NCBI GenBank assembly: GCA_944322605.1
Contig: CALUPD010000040.1
Span: 9,833-73,832, forward strand
Source: an uncultured Bacteroidales bacterium
GTDB lineage: Bacteria > Bacteroidota > Bacteroidia > Bacteroidales > UBA932
Reading direction: 5' to 3'
DNA: 64,000 nt
In this document: positions 56,043 through 64,000 of the stretch, one piece after another
Layout of the letters: every line of letters starts with the position of its first letter
Position numbering within the stretch: the first letter of the stretch is position 1
Notes under the pieces: generated by a model
Seen by the model: only the letters and a program-made list of their open reading frames with translations
Told to the model about the DNA's origin: nothing
The model's database searches: none
Program-made: the position numbers and the translations under genes

Positions 56043-59000
56043 TCACAGCACTTTTCTCAAATATTCCGCAGTATAGGAATCCTTAGAGCATGCCACTTCT
56101 TCCGGAGTGCCTTCGGCAATAATCCGGCCTCCCCTGCACCCGCCTTCCGGCCCCATGTCTATAAGATAATCCACGGATTTGAGTACATCCATGTTATGTT
56201 CTATCACGATTACCGTGTTGCCTTGATCGACTATCTTCTGAAGGACATCCAGCAATATCCTTATGTCCTCGAAATGAAGCCCTGTAGTAGGTTCGTCCAG
56301 AATATACAGCGTGTTTCCTGTGGATTTCCTCGCCAGCTCTCCGGCAAGCTTGACCCTTTGGGATTCGCCTCCGCTTAATGCAGTCGCAGGATGCCCAAGC
56401 TTTATATAGCCGAGACCCACATCGTCCAAGGCTTTAAGGCGGGCATATATCGAAGGAACGGGCTTGAAAAACTCCGTCGCTTCGCTTATTGTCATTTCCA
56501 GGACATCGTTTATGTTCTTTCCCTTATATCTTACCGCAAGCGTATCCGGCTTGTACCGTTTTCCACCGCATTCCTCGCACCTCACAAGCACGGATGGAAG
56601 GAAATTCATTTCTATTTCTTTCATTCCCACCCCTTTGCACGCCTCGCAACGGCCTCCGCGCACATTGAAGGAAAAACGGCCCGACTTGAACCCCCTGATC
56701 TTGGCGTCCGGAGTTTCTTCGAAAAGTTTCCTTATGTCGGAAAAAACTCCCGTATATGTAGCCGGATTGCTTCTCGGCGAACGCCCGATCGGTGTCTGGT
56801 CTATTTCTATCAGCTTGTCTATATTTTCCAGGCCTATGATTTCCCTGTACGGAAGAGGAGTATAATTCGACCGGTAGAAATGCTTGCTGAGTATCTGCAT
56901 CAGGGTCTCGTTTATAAGCGAAGACTTGCCGCTGCCGCTTACTCCGCTCACGCCCACGAGCATTCCGAGAGGAATACGCACATCCACGTCTTTAAGGTTA
57001 TTTCCAGAAGCCCCTTTCAGTTCTATGAACTTTCCGTTGCCCTTGCGCCTTTCGGAAGGCACTTCTATCCTCCTCATGCCTTTTAAATATTCAGCAGTGA
57101 GGCTGCCGAGCTGCCGCACCTTGCTTTCAGGCATGGCCATCAGTTCGGAAGGCTTTCCGCTGAAGAGCACTTTCCCGCCGCTTGCGCCCGCTCCGGGGCC
57201 GAGGTCGACAAGCCAGTCAGCCGCACGGATCATATCCTCGTCGTGCTCGACTACCATGACGGAATTGCTTTCAGAACAAAGATGCCTGAGGGAGTTTATA
57301 AGCCTTGTATTGTCCCGCTGGTGCAGGCCTATGGACGGCTCGTCCAAAATATAAAGCACATTCACCAATTTTGAACCTATTTGCGTGGCAAGCCTTATCC
57401 TTTGGCTCTCCCCGCCGCTAAGGCTTCTCGCCGCCCGGTCCAAAGACAGGTAATCCAGCCCGACCTCCAAAAGGAATGTCAGCCTTTCCCTGATTTCCTT
57501 CAATATGTCGGCAGCTATTATATTCTCCCTTTCATTCAGTTCGGCAGGCAGTCCGAGAACCCACCCGTACAATGATTTTATGTCCATGGCTGAAATTTCG
57601 GCTATGTTCTTCCCCGCTATCTTAAAACACAACGCCTCGTTGTTCAGCCTCGCGCCATGGCATTCAGGGCATATCTTTTCGTTGCTGTACGCCTCTCTCC
57701 AGTCATAGGATTCCTCCGTGTCTTTCTGCCCTTCGATTTTCGCGATTATTCCCGGGAACGTCACCATCTGGAAACCGAAACCGTCATTCACCCTGAACAG
57801 TTCTTCCGACCCGTAGATTATAAGGTTCAGAGCCTCTTCAGGCAACGAGCTTATCGGATCACCGAGGCTGAACCCGTACTTGCGTGCAATTGCCTCAAGA
57901 ACCCTGAACGTATTATTGTCACGCCTGCAACCTATGGCCTTTATGCCCCCGTCCGCTATGGACACCCTGTCGTCCGGTATTATCTTCTTCAAATCTATTT
58001 CCGAAATGCGGCCGAGGCCCTTGCAATACGGGCACGCCCCTTGCGGAGAGTTGAATGAAAACAGATGAGGGGCCGGTTCTCCGAATGATATGCCGCTATC
58101 CGGGCACATCAGGTGACGGCTGAAATACCTCAGCCCGCCGGACACGGAAAACCCGGACATGAAATATTTTTTCCGTTCGTCCTGCCCGTCGGAATCCGCC
58201 GGCTTGCCGGTCCCTGCTTCGGGCCGCCTGTCCGGTCCGGAAGCGGCGGTCCCGTTTCCTTCCAAAGGCCCGCCGCCAGCGGATGCGCCGCCTGCATGGC
58301 CTGCCCCGCCTGGCAAAGACGCATATTCCCGGCTGCCTGAATTTCCTGCCGCTTCGTCCTGCACCATGGCGGCCATGACGCCTTTCCCTTGGGAAAGGGC
58401 AAGTTCCACCGACTCCCTTATCCTTTTCTCGTCAGAAGGAGAAGGCACGACCTTGTCGATCACAAGTTCTATGAAATGGGCCTTGTACCTGTCCAAAGGC
58501 TTTATATCAGCGAGCTGGCATATTTTTCCGTCCACCCTGACAGACGTGAATCCTTTTTTCAACAGATTGTCGAACAGTTCCCTGTAATGGCCCTTGCGGC
58601 CTTTGACAATCGGAGCGAGCAGGATCGTCTTCTTGCCGGCATACTCTTTCATGATTAGGTCCACGATCATCGGATCCGTATACCTTGCCATTTCCTTGCC
58701 GGTCACCGGGGAATAGGCCCTGGCCGCCCTCGCGTACAGCAGCCTGAAAAAATCGTATATCTCGGTTATCGTGCCGACCGTGGATCTCGGATTGCGGTTC
58801 GTGCTTTTCTGCTCTATGGCTATTACCGGGCTGAGGCCTGAAATGTTTTCCACAGACGGACGTTCCAATATCCCCATGAACTGCCTGGCATATGCCGACA
58901 ATGTTTCCATATACCTCCGGCGGCCTTCCGCATAAACCGTATCGAAAGCAAGGGAAGATTTTCCGCTTCCGCTCAATCCGGTAACAACGACGAGCTTGTC

Positions 59001-59072
59001 GCGCGGTATCTCCAACGAAACATGCTTGAGGTTATTCTCCGATGCATTCGTTATTTTGATCGTATCGCCCAT
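56043..59072 (-). CDS. uvrA: excinuclease ABC subunit A
   Basis: Two ABC modules ([25 protein letters not shown], 2x LSGGE.QR), zinc-finger Cys pairs ([16 protein letters not shown]). Start taken at [16 protein letters not shown]. Contains an extra Gly/Ala/Pro-rich segment. Confidence 0.95.
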   Translation of the reverse strand: MGDTIKITNASENNLKHVSLEIPRDKLVVVTGLSGSGKSSLAFDTVYAEGRRRYMETLSAYARQFMGILERPSVENISGLSPVIAIEQKSTNRNPRSTVGTITEIYDFFRLLYARAARAYSPVTGKEMARYTDPMIVDLIMKEYAGKKTILLAPIVKGRKGHYRELFDNLLKKGFTSVRVDGKICQLADIKPLDRYKAHFIELVIDKVVPSPSDEKRIRESVELALSQGKGVMAAMVQDEAAGNSGSREYASLPGGAGHAGGASAGGGPLEGNGTAASGPDRRPEAGTGKPADSDGQDERKKYFMSGFSVSGGLRYFSRHLMCPDSGISFGEPAPHLFSFNSPQGACPYCKGLGRISEIDLKKIIPDDRVSIADGGIKAIGCRRDNNTFRVLEAIARKYGFSLGDPISSLPEEALNLIIYGSEELFRVNDGFGFQMVTFPGIIAKIEGQKDTEESYDWREAYSNEKICPECHGARLNNEALCFKIAGKNIAEISAMDIKSLYGWVLGLPAELNERENIIAADILKEIRERLTFLLEVGLDYLSLDRAARSLSGGESQRIRLATQIGSKLVNVLYILDEPSIGLHQRDNTRLINSLRHLCSESNSVMVVEHDEDMIRAADWLVDLGPGAGASGGKVLFSGKPSELMAMPESKVRQLGSLTAEYLKGMRRIEVPSERRKGNGKFIELKGASGNNLKDVDVRIPLGMLVGVSGVSGSGKSSLINETLMQILSKHFYRSNYTPLPYREIIGLENIDKLIEIDQTPIGRSPRSNPATYTGVFSDIRKLFEETPDAKIRGFKSGRFSFNVRGGRCEACKGVGMKEIEMNFLPSVLVRCEECGGKRYKPDTLAVRYKGKNINDVLEMTISEATEFFKPVPSIYARLKALDDVGLGYIKLGHPATALSGGESQRVKLAGELARKSTGNTLYILDEPTTGLHFEDIRILLDVLQKIVDQGNTVIVIEHNMDVLKSVDYLIDMGPEGGCRGGRIIAEGTPEEVACSKDSYTAEYLRKVL

Positions 59073-59086
59073 GGCCTGCACGTTTT

Positions 59087-59728
59087 TCAAAAGCAAAGGA
59101 AAGGATTGGTGGCAATCTCATGGGCTATTGTCGTTTCCGCGCCGTGTCCGGGAAGAACGGCCGTGTCAGGATCGACTTTAAGGATTTTCCCGGACAGGCT
59201 TGAGACGAGCATGTCATAATCGCCGCCAGGCAAATCCGTGCGGCCTATGCTGCCCGCGAAAAGGCTGTCGCCGGTAAGGATTATGCGGTCCTCCTTGCTA
59301 TAAAATGAAACCCCGCCCATCGTATGGCCGGGAGTGTACAGCACTTTCAATTCGGAATCGCCGAACCTCAAAGGCACGTTCTCATCCAAGTCCTCGGTGT
59401 CGTAAGGAGGCCTGTCTATCTCGTACCCGAACATCGCGCAGTATTCCTGAGCCCTTTCGAGCTGGCCTTTGTCCTTGGGATGTATGTATGACTTTATCTT
59501 CCATGTATCGGCGACGAACTTGTTGCCCATGATATGATCGAAATGCCCGTGGGTATTCAATAGCTTGACAGGAGTCAGCCCCTTTTTGGAAACAAAGTCG
59601 CGAAGCCGCTCCTTTTCCCTGTCGGAATAGCATCCCGGATCGACTATTACAGCCTCACCGGTATTGTCCCAAAGGACATAGCAACAGACTCTCAGATCGT
59701 TAAAATAAAATGTCTTTCTCTCTATCAT
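59087..59728 (-). CDS. MBL-fold metallo-hydrolase (glyoxalase II-like)
   Basis: THGHFDH motif and downstream TPGHT. Start set at MIERKTFYF (59728). The 5' extension of the tracked 366-aa ORF is antisense to panC and was rejected. Confidence 0.8.
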   Translation of the reverse strand: MIERKTFYFNDLRVCCYVLWDNTGEAVIVDPGCYSDREKERLRDFVSKKGLTPVKLLNTHGHFDHIMGNKFVADTWKIKSYIHPKDKGQLERAQEYCAMFGYEIDRPPYDTEDLDENVPLRFGDSELKVLYTPGHTMGGVSFYSKEDRIILTGDSLFAGSIGRTDLPGGDYDMLVSSLSGKILKVDPDTAVLPGHGAETTIAHEIATNPFLCF

Positions 59729-59818
59729 AGCATGCTTTTTAGAATGTACCTGCGCAAATCTACACAAAACCTTGAATATTCTATATTTCTTTGTAGGTTT
59801 GCAGAAAATTACGATGAA

Positions 59819-60670
59819 ATGATAGTAGCAAAAACCATACAAGAATTGAAAGACGGCTATGCGGCTGCATGCCCGTCTGCAAAAAAAGGTCTTGTTCCCA
59901 CGATGGGAGCATTGCACGAAGGACATTTGTCGCTTATTTCCAAAGCAAAGGAAATGTGCGGTTTTGTTACCGTAAGCGTGTTCGTCAACCCTACCCAGTT
60001 CAACAACCCCGAAGATTTCAAGACATACCCGCGCACTCTCGAAGCAGACTGCAAACTGCTTGAAAAGGCAGGAGCGGACATGGTCTTCGCCCCGAGCGCG
60101 GAAGAGATATATCCTGAAAGAGACACCCGGGTATTCGATTTCCACGGGCTGGACAGGTACGGGGAAGGCCCTATGAGGCCCGGGCATTTCAACGGGGTCG
60201 CGCAGATTGTCACTAAGCTTTTCGATTTGAACAAGCCCGACTGCGCATTCTTCGGAGAAAAGGATTACCAGCAGCTGGCCATCCTGAAAAGAATCGCAAA
60301 GGACTACGGCTATCCCATTGAAATCGTCCCTTGCCCTATACTCCGCGCTGATGACGGACTCGCGCTAAGCTCAAGGAACAAGCTCCTTACCCCTGAGCAA
60401 AGAAAAGCGGCCCCTCATATTTTCAGGACCATGTCTTCCTCTGCCGAAGAACTTGCAAGGAGCGGGTACTCCATTCCGGCAGACGAATTCATATCGCAGC
60501 TTGTCGGCCGCATAAACGAATCGCCGGAACTCGAATGCGAATACATGGAAGCCGTAGACGCAGAAAGCCTGCAAAAGATTTCCGATTGGAACAGTTCGTC
60601 TTCCATAAGGCTTTGGGGCGCAGTATATGCAGGAAAAGTCAGACTCATAGACAATATTCAAATAAAATAA
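59819..60670 (+). CDS. panC: pantoate--beta-alanine ligase
   Basis: [32 protein letters not shown] motifs. Start moved to the ATG at 59819. Confidence 0.9.
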   Translation: MIVAKTIQELKDGYAAACPSAKKGLVPTMGALHEGHLSLISKAKEMCGFVTVSVFVNPTQFNNPEDFKTYPRTLEADCKLLEKAGADMVFAPSAEEIYPERDTRVFDFHGLDRYGEGPMRPGHFNGVAQIVTKLFDLNKPDCAFFGEKDYQQLAILKRIAKDYGYPIEIVPCPILRADDGLALSSRNKLLTPEQRKAAPHIFRTMSSSAEELARSGYSIPADEFISQLVGRINESPELECEYMEAVDAESLQKISDWNSSSSIRLWGAVYAGKVRLIDNIQIK

Positions 60671-60672
60671 CG

Positions 60673-61026
60673 ATGACCATAGAGTTGTTGAAATCCAAAA
60701 TCCACAGAGTCAAGGTAACTGAAGCGAACCTCAACTATATAGGAAGCATCACGATTGACTCCGAGCTGGTCGAAGCGGCCGGATTGTATCCGAATGAAAA
60801 GGTGCAGGTGGTTAACATCACCAACGGGGAAAGAATCGAAACTTACGTGATTCCGGGAGAAAGGAAAAGCGGGAAAATAGGAATCAACGGCGCAGCCGCC
60901 CATAAATTCTCGGTAGGAGACTTAGTAATAATAATGTCATACGCCCGAATGACCCCGGAGGAAGCCGCATCGCATAAACCGAAAGTGATTTTTCCCGATT
61001 CAGAAACGAACACCCTCGTCAAATAG
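60673..61026 (+). CDS. panD: aspartate 1-decarboxylase
   Basis: [29 protein letters not shown] (self-processing G-S site). Start moved to the ATG at 60673. Confidence 0.9.
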   Translation: MTIELLKSKIHRVKVTEANLNYIGSITIDSELVEAAGLYPNEKVQVVNITNGERIETYVIPGERKSGKIGINGAAAHKFSVGDLVIIMSYARMTPEEAASHKPKVIFPDSETNTLVK

Positions 61027-61032
61027 GCGAAG

Positions 61033-62028
61033 ATGGGAGCAAAGAATATCAGGAAAATACTCATCTATGCAGCATTCCTGTCCCTGGCCGGACTTCTTCT
61101 ATACGTTTCGTTCAAGGACATCGAATGGAGCAGTTTCATAGAAGCCCTTAAATCCTGCGATTTTTTATGGATAGCCGCATCCATGGCCGTAAGCATCATA
61201 GTATGCTATTTCAGGGCGGCAAGATGGAAACTCCTTCTGCTGCCGCTTAACCCGCGAATAAAGATCCGCGAGGCTTTCGACGGCGTAAACATCGGCTATC
61301 TCATAAACTTCGCGCTTCCGAGGGCAGGGGAATTCGCAAGGTGCGGAGTAATCGCAAGGACCAGGAAAACAAGTTTCGAGGCGGCATTGGGAAGTGTCGT
61401 GGCCGAACGTTCCGTAGACATGGCGTCGATGCTGCTCATATTCGCGTCCCTTTTCGTCATAAGCTGGAACGATTTCGGGATATTCCTCAACGAGCAGATA
61501 ATAAATCCCGCCTATTCGAGATTCGGCGAAAGCATGCTGTACATAGTAATAGCCATGCTGGTTTTATTGGCCGCGCTTATAACAGCCGCCGTCAAATTCA
61601 GGAAAAAGCTCTACAGGTTCCGCATTGCAAAAAAATTCTACGACATAGCGTCAGGGCTCAAGGCAGGCCTGTATTCCGTATTCAGGATGCAGAGGAAATG
61701 GGAATTCCTCATGCACACTGTCATCATATGGATCTGCTACTGGCTGATGAGCCTTTTTACGATATATGCCTTTCCGGCAGTCGGAGGGCTTGGCGGAATG
61801 GATGCCGTATTCCTGATGATCGTGGCAAGCATGGGCTGGATAGTACCCGTGCAGGGCGGCATCGGCGCATACCACTTCATAGTAAGCCTTGCATTGTCTT
61901 CCGTTTACGGCATAAGCAATACTGACGGGATTGTATACGCCACCATATCGCATACGTCGCAATCCATAACAATGCTCTTATGCGGCGCATACTCGCTCAT
62001 AAGCTTCGCTGCATACAAAAACAAATAA
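61033..62028 (+). CDS. UPF0104/LPG-synthase-TM-like (flippase-like) membrane protein
   Basis: About 8 TM helices, with RAARWKLLL and LPRAGEFARC motifs typical of this family. Confidence 0.5.
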   Translation: MGAKNIRKILIYAAFLSLAGLLLYVSFKDIEWSSFIEALKSCDFLWIAASMAVSIIVCYFRAARWKLLLLPLNPRIKIREAFDGVNIGYLINFALPRAGEFARCGVIARTRKTSFEAALGSVVAERSVDMASMLLIFASLFVISWNDFGIFLNEQIINPAYSRFGESMLYIVIAMLVLLAALITAAVKFRKKLYRFRIAKKFYDIASGLKAGLYSVFRMQRKWEFLMHTVIIWICYWLMSLFTIYAFPAVGGLGGMDAVFLMIVASMGWIVPVQGGIGAYHFIVSLALSSVYGISNTDGIVYATISHTSQSITMLLCGAYSLISFAAYKNK

Positions 62029-62070
62029 GCATATTTTTTGCATGCCTGACTTTAACAAGAATACCGGAAT

Positions 62071-62742
62071 ATGAAAATAACATCAGACAGACTCATATTT
62101 TTCCTGCTTCTCATGCCGTTCTGCATGATTGCCCCATTGACAGCGGAAGCGCAATCGAAAGAATTAAGAAATTCAGGCTACAGCAAGGAGGATTATCTCA
62201 CGTACCGCAAGCATGACATCTACATCCAATACGGCACGCCGAGCATAGCGGAACTCGCTCCCGCGATGAGCGACAGGACCATAGAAAACAACGGCATGGA
62301 TTTCGACCACAAGAATCACTGGTACTCGGGAATAGCGGCTGCAGGATACAACTACTATTTCAGGCATAATATAACTTTCGGAGGATATTTCAGCGCACAG
62401 GCTTCAGGCATGAGCATGTACGACGAAAGGGGCAGATTCGTCTACGACAACAATGTCACGACATTCACGGTACTCGCCAACGCGCACTGGATTTTCTTCA
62501 GGCGCGGCGCGACAGAATTGTCCATGGGACTCCATATAGGCGTTTCATACATGGATGAAAGCGTTTCCGATTTCGACCCGTCAGTCATAAGGGATTTCAA
62601 GCCGGAAAATTCGCAAAGCATACGCGCTGCATACCATCTTACAGCCCTTAAGGCAAGGTTCGGAGGAAACGTCGGAGGATTCGTGGAACTCGGCTTCGGC
62701 TATCGCGGAATCCTTAACGCCGGGATGTCTGTAAAAATATGA
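62071..62742 (+). CDS. putative outer-membrane beta-barrel protein
   Basis: Signal peptide ending AEAQ, alternating aromatic/Gly-rich beta-strand pattern, C-terminal ...GMSVKI. Confidence 0.45.
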   Translation: MKITSDRLIFFLLLMPFCMIAPLTAEAQSKELRNSGYSKEDYLTYRKHDIYIQYGTPSIAELAPAMSDRTIENNGMDFDHKNHWYSGIAAAGYNYYFRHNITFGGYFSAQASGMSMYDERGRFVYDNNVTTFTVLANAHWIFFRRGATELSMGLHIGVSYMDESVSDFDPSVIRDFKPENSQSIRAAYHLTALKARFGGNVGGFVELGFGYRGILNAGMSVKI

Positions 62743-62773
62743 TTCCGGCAGGCATCGCATGATTGCACACTAA

Positions 62774-62858
62774 GTCTAAAATAAACTGCAAGCCGAGAGC
62801 AGTGGCGGAACTTGGTCAGACAATGCCGAGGCGCAGCGTGATTGTAAACGAAGTTTAA
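62774..62858. repeat. dispersed ~85-bp repeat, inverted copy of 34308-34380
   Basis: About 95 percent identical, as a reverse complement, to the copy at 34308. It ends about 20 nt upstream of the radA ATG. Confidence 0.8.
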
Positions 62859-62878
62859 AATAAAAAGGAATCATAAAC

Positions 62879-64000
62879 ATGCCCAAGAACAAAACATCAT
62901 GGTTCTGCACCTCATGCGGAAACGAAAGCCCGAAATGGATGGGGCAATGCCCTGCATGCGGGGAATGGAACACCATGGTCGAAGAAACGGTAGTTACAGG
63001 AAGCAGGCAGTCGCGGCAAGCCGCATCCAAAGGGAGAGGTTTGCTTCGCGGCAGTTCGGCAGAGCCTGAGGCCCTTAAAGACATATCCCTCGAAAACAAG
63101 GGCCGCATATCGCTCGGACACCAGGAAATCGACAGGCTTCTCGGAGGAGGAGTCGTCGAAGGGTCCCTGATCCTGATAGGAGGAGAACCGGGCATAGGCA
63201 AATCCACCCTTTCGCTTCAGATTCCCTTGCAAGCCCCGCAGTTAAAAACATTATACGCATCAGGCGAGGAAAGCCCGAGACAAATCAAATTGAGAGGGCA
63301 AAGGCTCGGCGGAAATCATGAAAACTGCTATATCCTCGGAGAGACTTCAGTCGAAAACATAATCGCCCAGGCGGAAAAACTGTCGCCCGGGCTGCTGATA
63401 GTAGATTCCATTCAGACCGTATGCACGGAAGACGCCGATTCCTCGGCAGGGACAATCGTACAGATAAGGGAGTCCGCAGCGAAGTTTCTCAGATACGCGA
63501 AAGAAAGCGGAACTCCTGTCATCCTGATAGGACATATAACTAAAGACGGAAACCTTGCCGGCCCGAAAATATTAGAACACATAGTCGATGTGGTCTTGCA
63601 GTTCGAAGGGGACTCGAAGCATGCATACAGGATTCTGAGGAGCATCAAGAACAGGTTCGGCTCGACATCCGAAATAGCCGTCTACGAAATGACCGGAACA
63701 GGACTCAGGGAAGTATCCAACCCGTCCGAAATGCTGATTCCGATGCATGACGAAGACCTGAGCGGCACAGCGGTCGCCGCAATCATAGACGGGACAAGGC
63801 CTTTTCTTGTCGAAACGCAGGCTCTTGTAAGCACAGCGGCATACGGCACGCCGCAGCGTTCCGCAACCGGATTCGACGTAAGAAGGATGAACATGCTGCT
63901 TGCAGTCCTTGAAAAAAGGGCAGGGTTCAGGCTCGCCGCGAAGGACGTGTTCCTGAACATCGCCGGCGGATTGAGAATAGCGGACCCGGCGACGGACCTT
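62879..64000 (+). CDS. radA: DNA repair protein RadA/Sms (N-terminal ~374 aa; runs off the right edge)
   Basis: My own translation from the ATG at 62879: MPKNKTSWFCTSCGNESPKWMGQCPACGEWNTMVEE (zinc finger), then IGGEPGIGKSTL Walker A. The frame is open to the window end, so it is absent from the ORF track. Confidence 0.9.
   Translation, partial: MPKNKTSWFCTSCGNESPKWMGQCPACGEWNTMVEETVVTGSRQSRQAASKGRGLLRGSSAEPEALKDISLENKGRISLGHQEIDRLLGGGVVEGSLILIGGEPGIGKSTLSLQIPLQAPQLKTLYASGEESPRQIKLRGQRLGGNHENCYILGETSVENIIAQAEKLSPGLLIVDSIQTVCTEDADSSAGTIVQIRESAAKFLRYAKESGTPVILIGHITKDGNLAGPKILEHIVDVVLQFEGDSKHAYRILRSIKNRFGSTSEIAVYEMTGTGLREVSNPSEMLIPMHDEDLSGTAVAAIIDGTRPFLVETQALVSTAAYGTPQRSATGFDVRRMNMLLAVLEKRAGFRLAAKDVFLNIAGGLRIADPATDL

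Noticed and set aside
59729-60187. N-terminal ~150-aa extension of the MBL hydrolase ORF (tracked as 59087-60187)
   Set aside because: The extension is antisense to panC and Cys/Phe/Arg-rich. MIERKTFYF at 59728 gives a standard ~213-aa MBL protein with an intergenic promoter region shared divergently with panC.

Overview
This window looks like a mostly housekeeping chromosomal segment from a Bacteroidales-type genome. The evidence is lipobox lipoproteins, BACON/Fn3-like surface proteins, and repeated gene-proximal TAnnTTTG -7 boxes. About 60 protein genes can be called from recognisable motifs. They include aroD/aroB, dsbD, alkA-ogt, mutL, tsaC, mlaEF, comM/yifB, tsaE, a selU/dsrE-like/selD selenium cluster, rsmE, hemW, lgt, pgk, folA-thyA, uvrA, panCD and radA, plus one tRNA(CAU). 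The most interesting feature is a candidate invertible promoter (inverton) at 11551-11807. Two exact 29-bp inverted repeats flank a 199-bp segment that carries a consensus Bacteroides -7 box. Each repeat is built like a loxP/FRT site, with dyad arms around an asymmetric 7-bp spacer. The box currently points away from a three-gene lipoprotein operon of unknown function (9263-11548, 7818-9215, 6337-7707), which ends at a strong terminator, so the operon appears locked OFF. No recombinase gene is present in the window. Other points worth a second look: a 1.16-kb non-coding gap filled with tandem hairpin repeats; a dispersed ~75-85-bp repeat family placed just upstream of two gene starts; an in-frame TGA joining a membrane ORF to an HTH-like tail; a structured 186-nt leader ahead of the selD operon; a low-complexity insertion in UvrA; and a RIC/hemerythrin-like protein coupled to an atypical LuxR regulator. 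All functional calls come from reading the translations; no database search was run.
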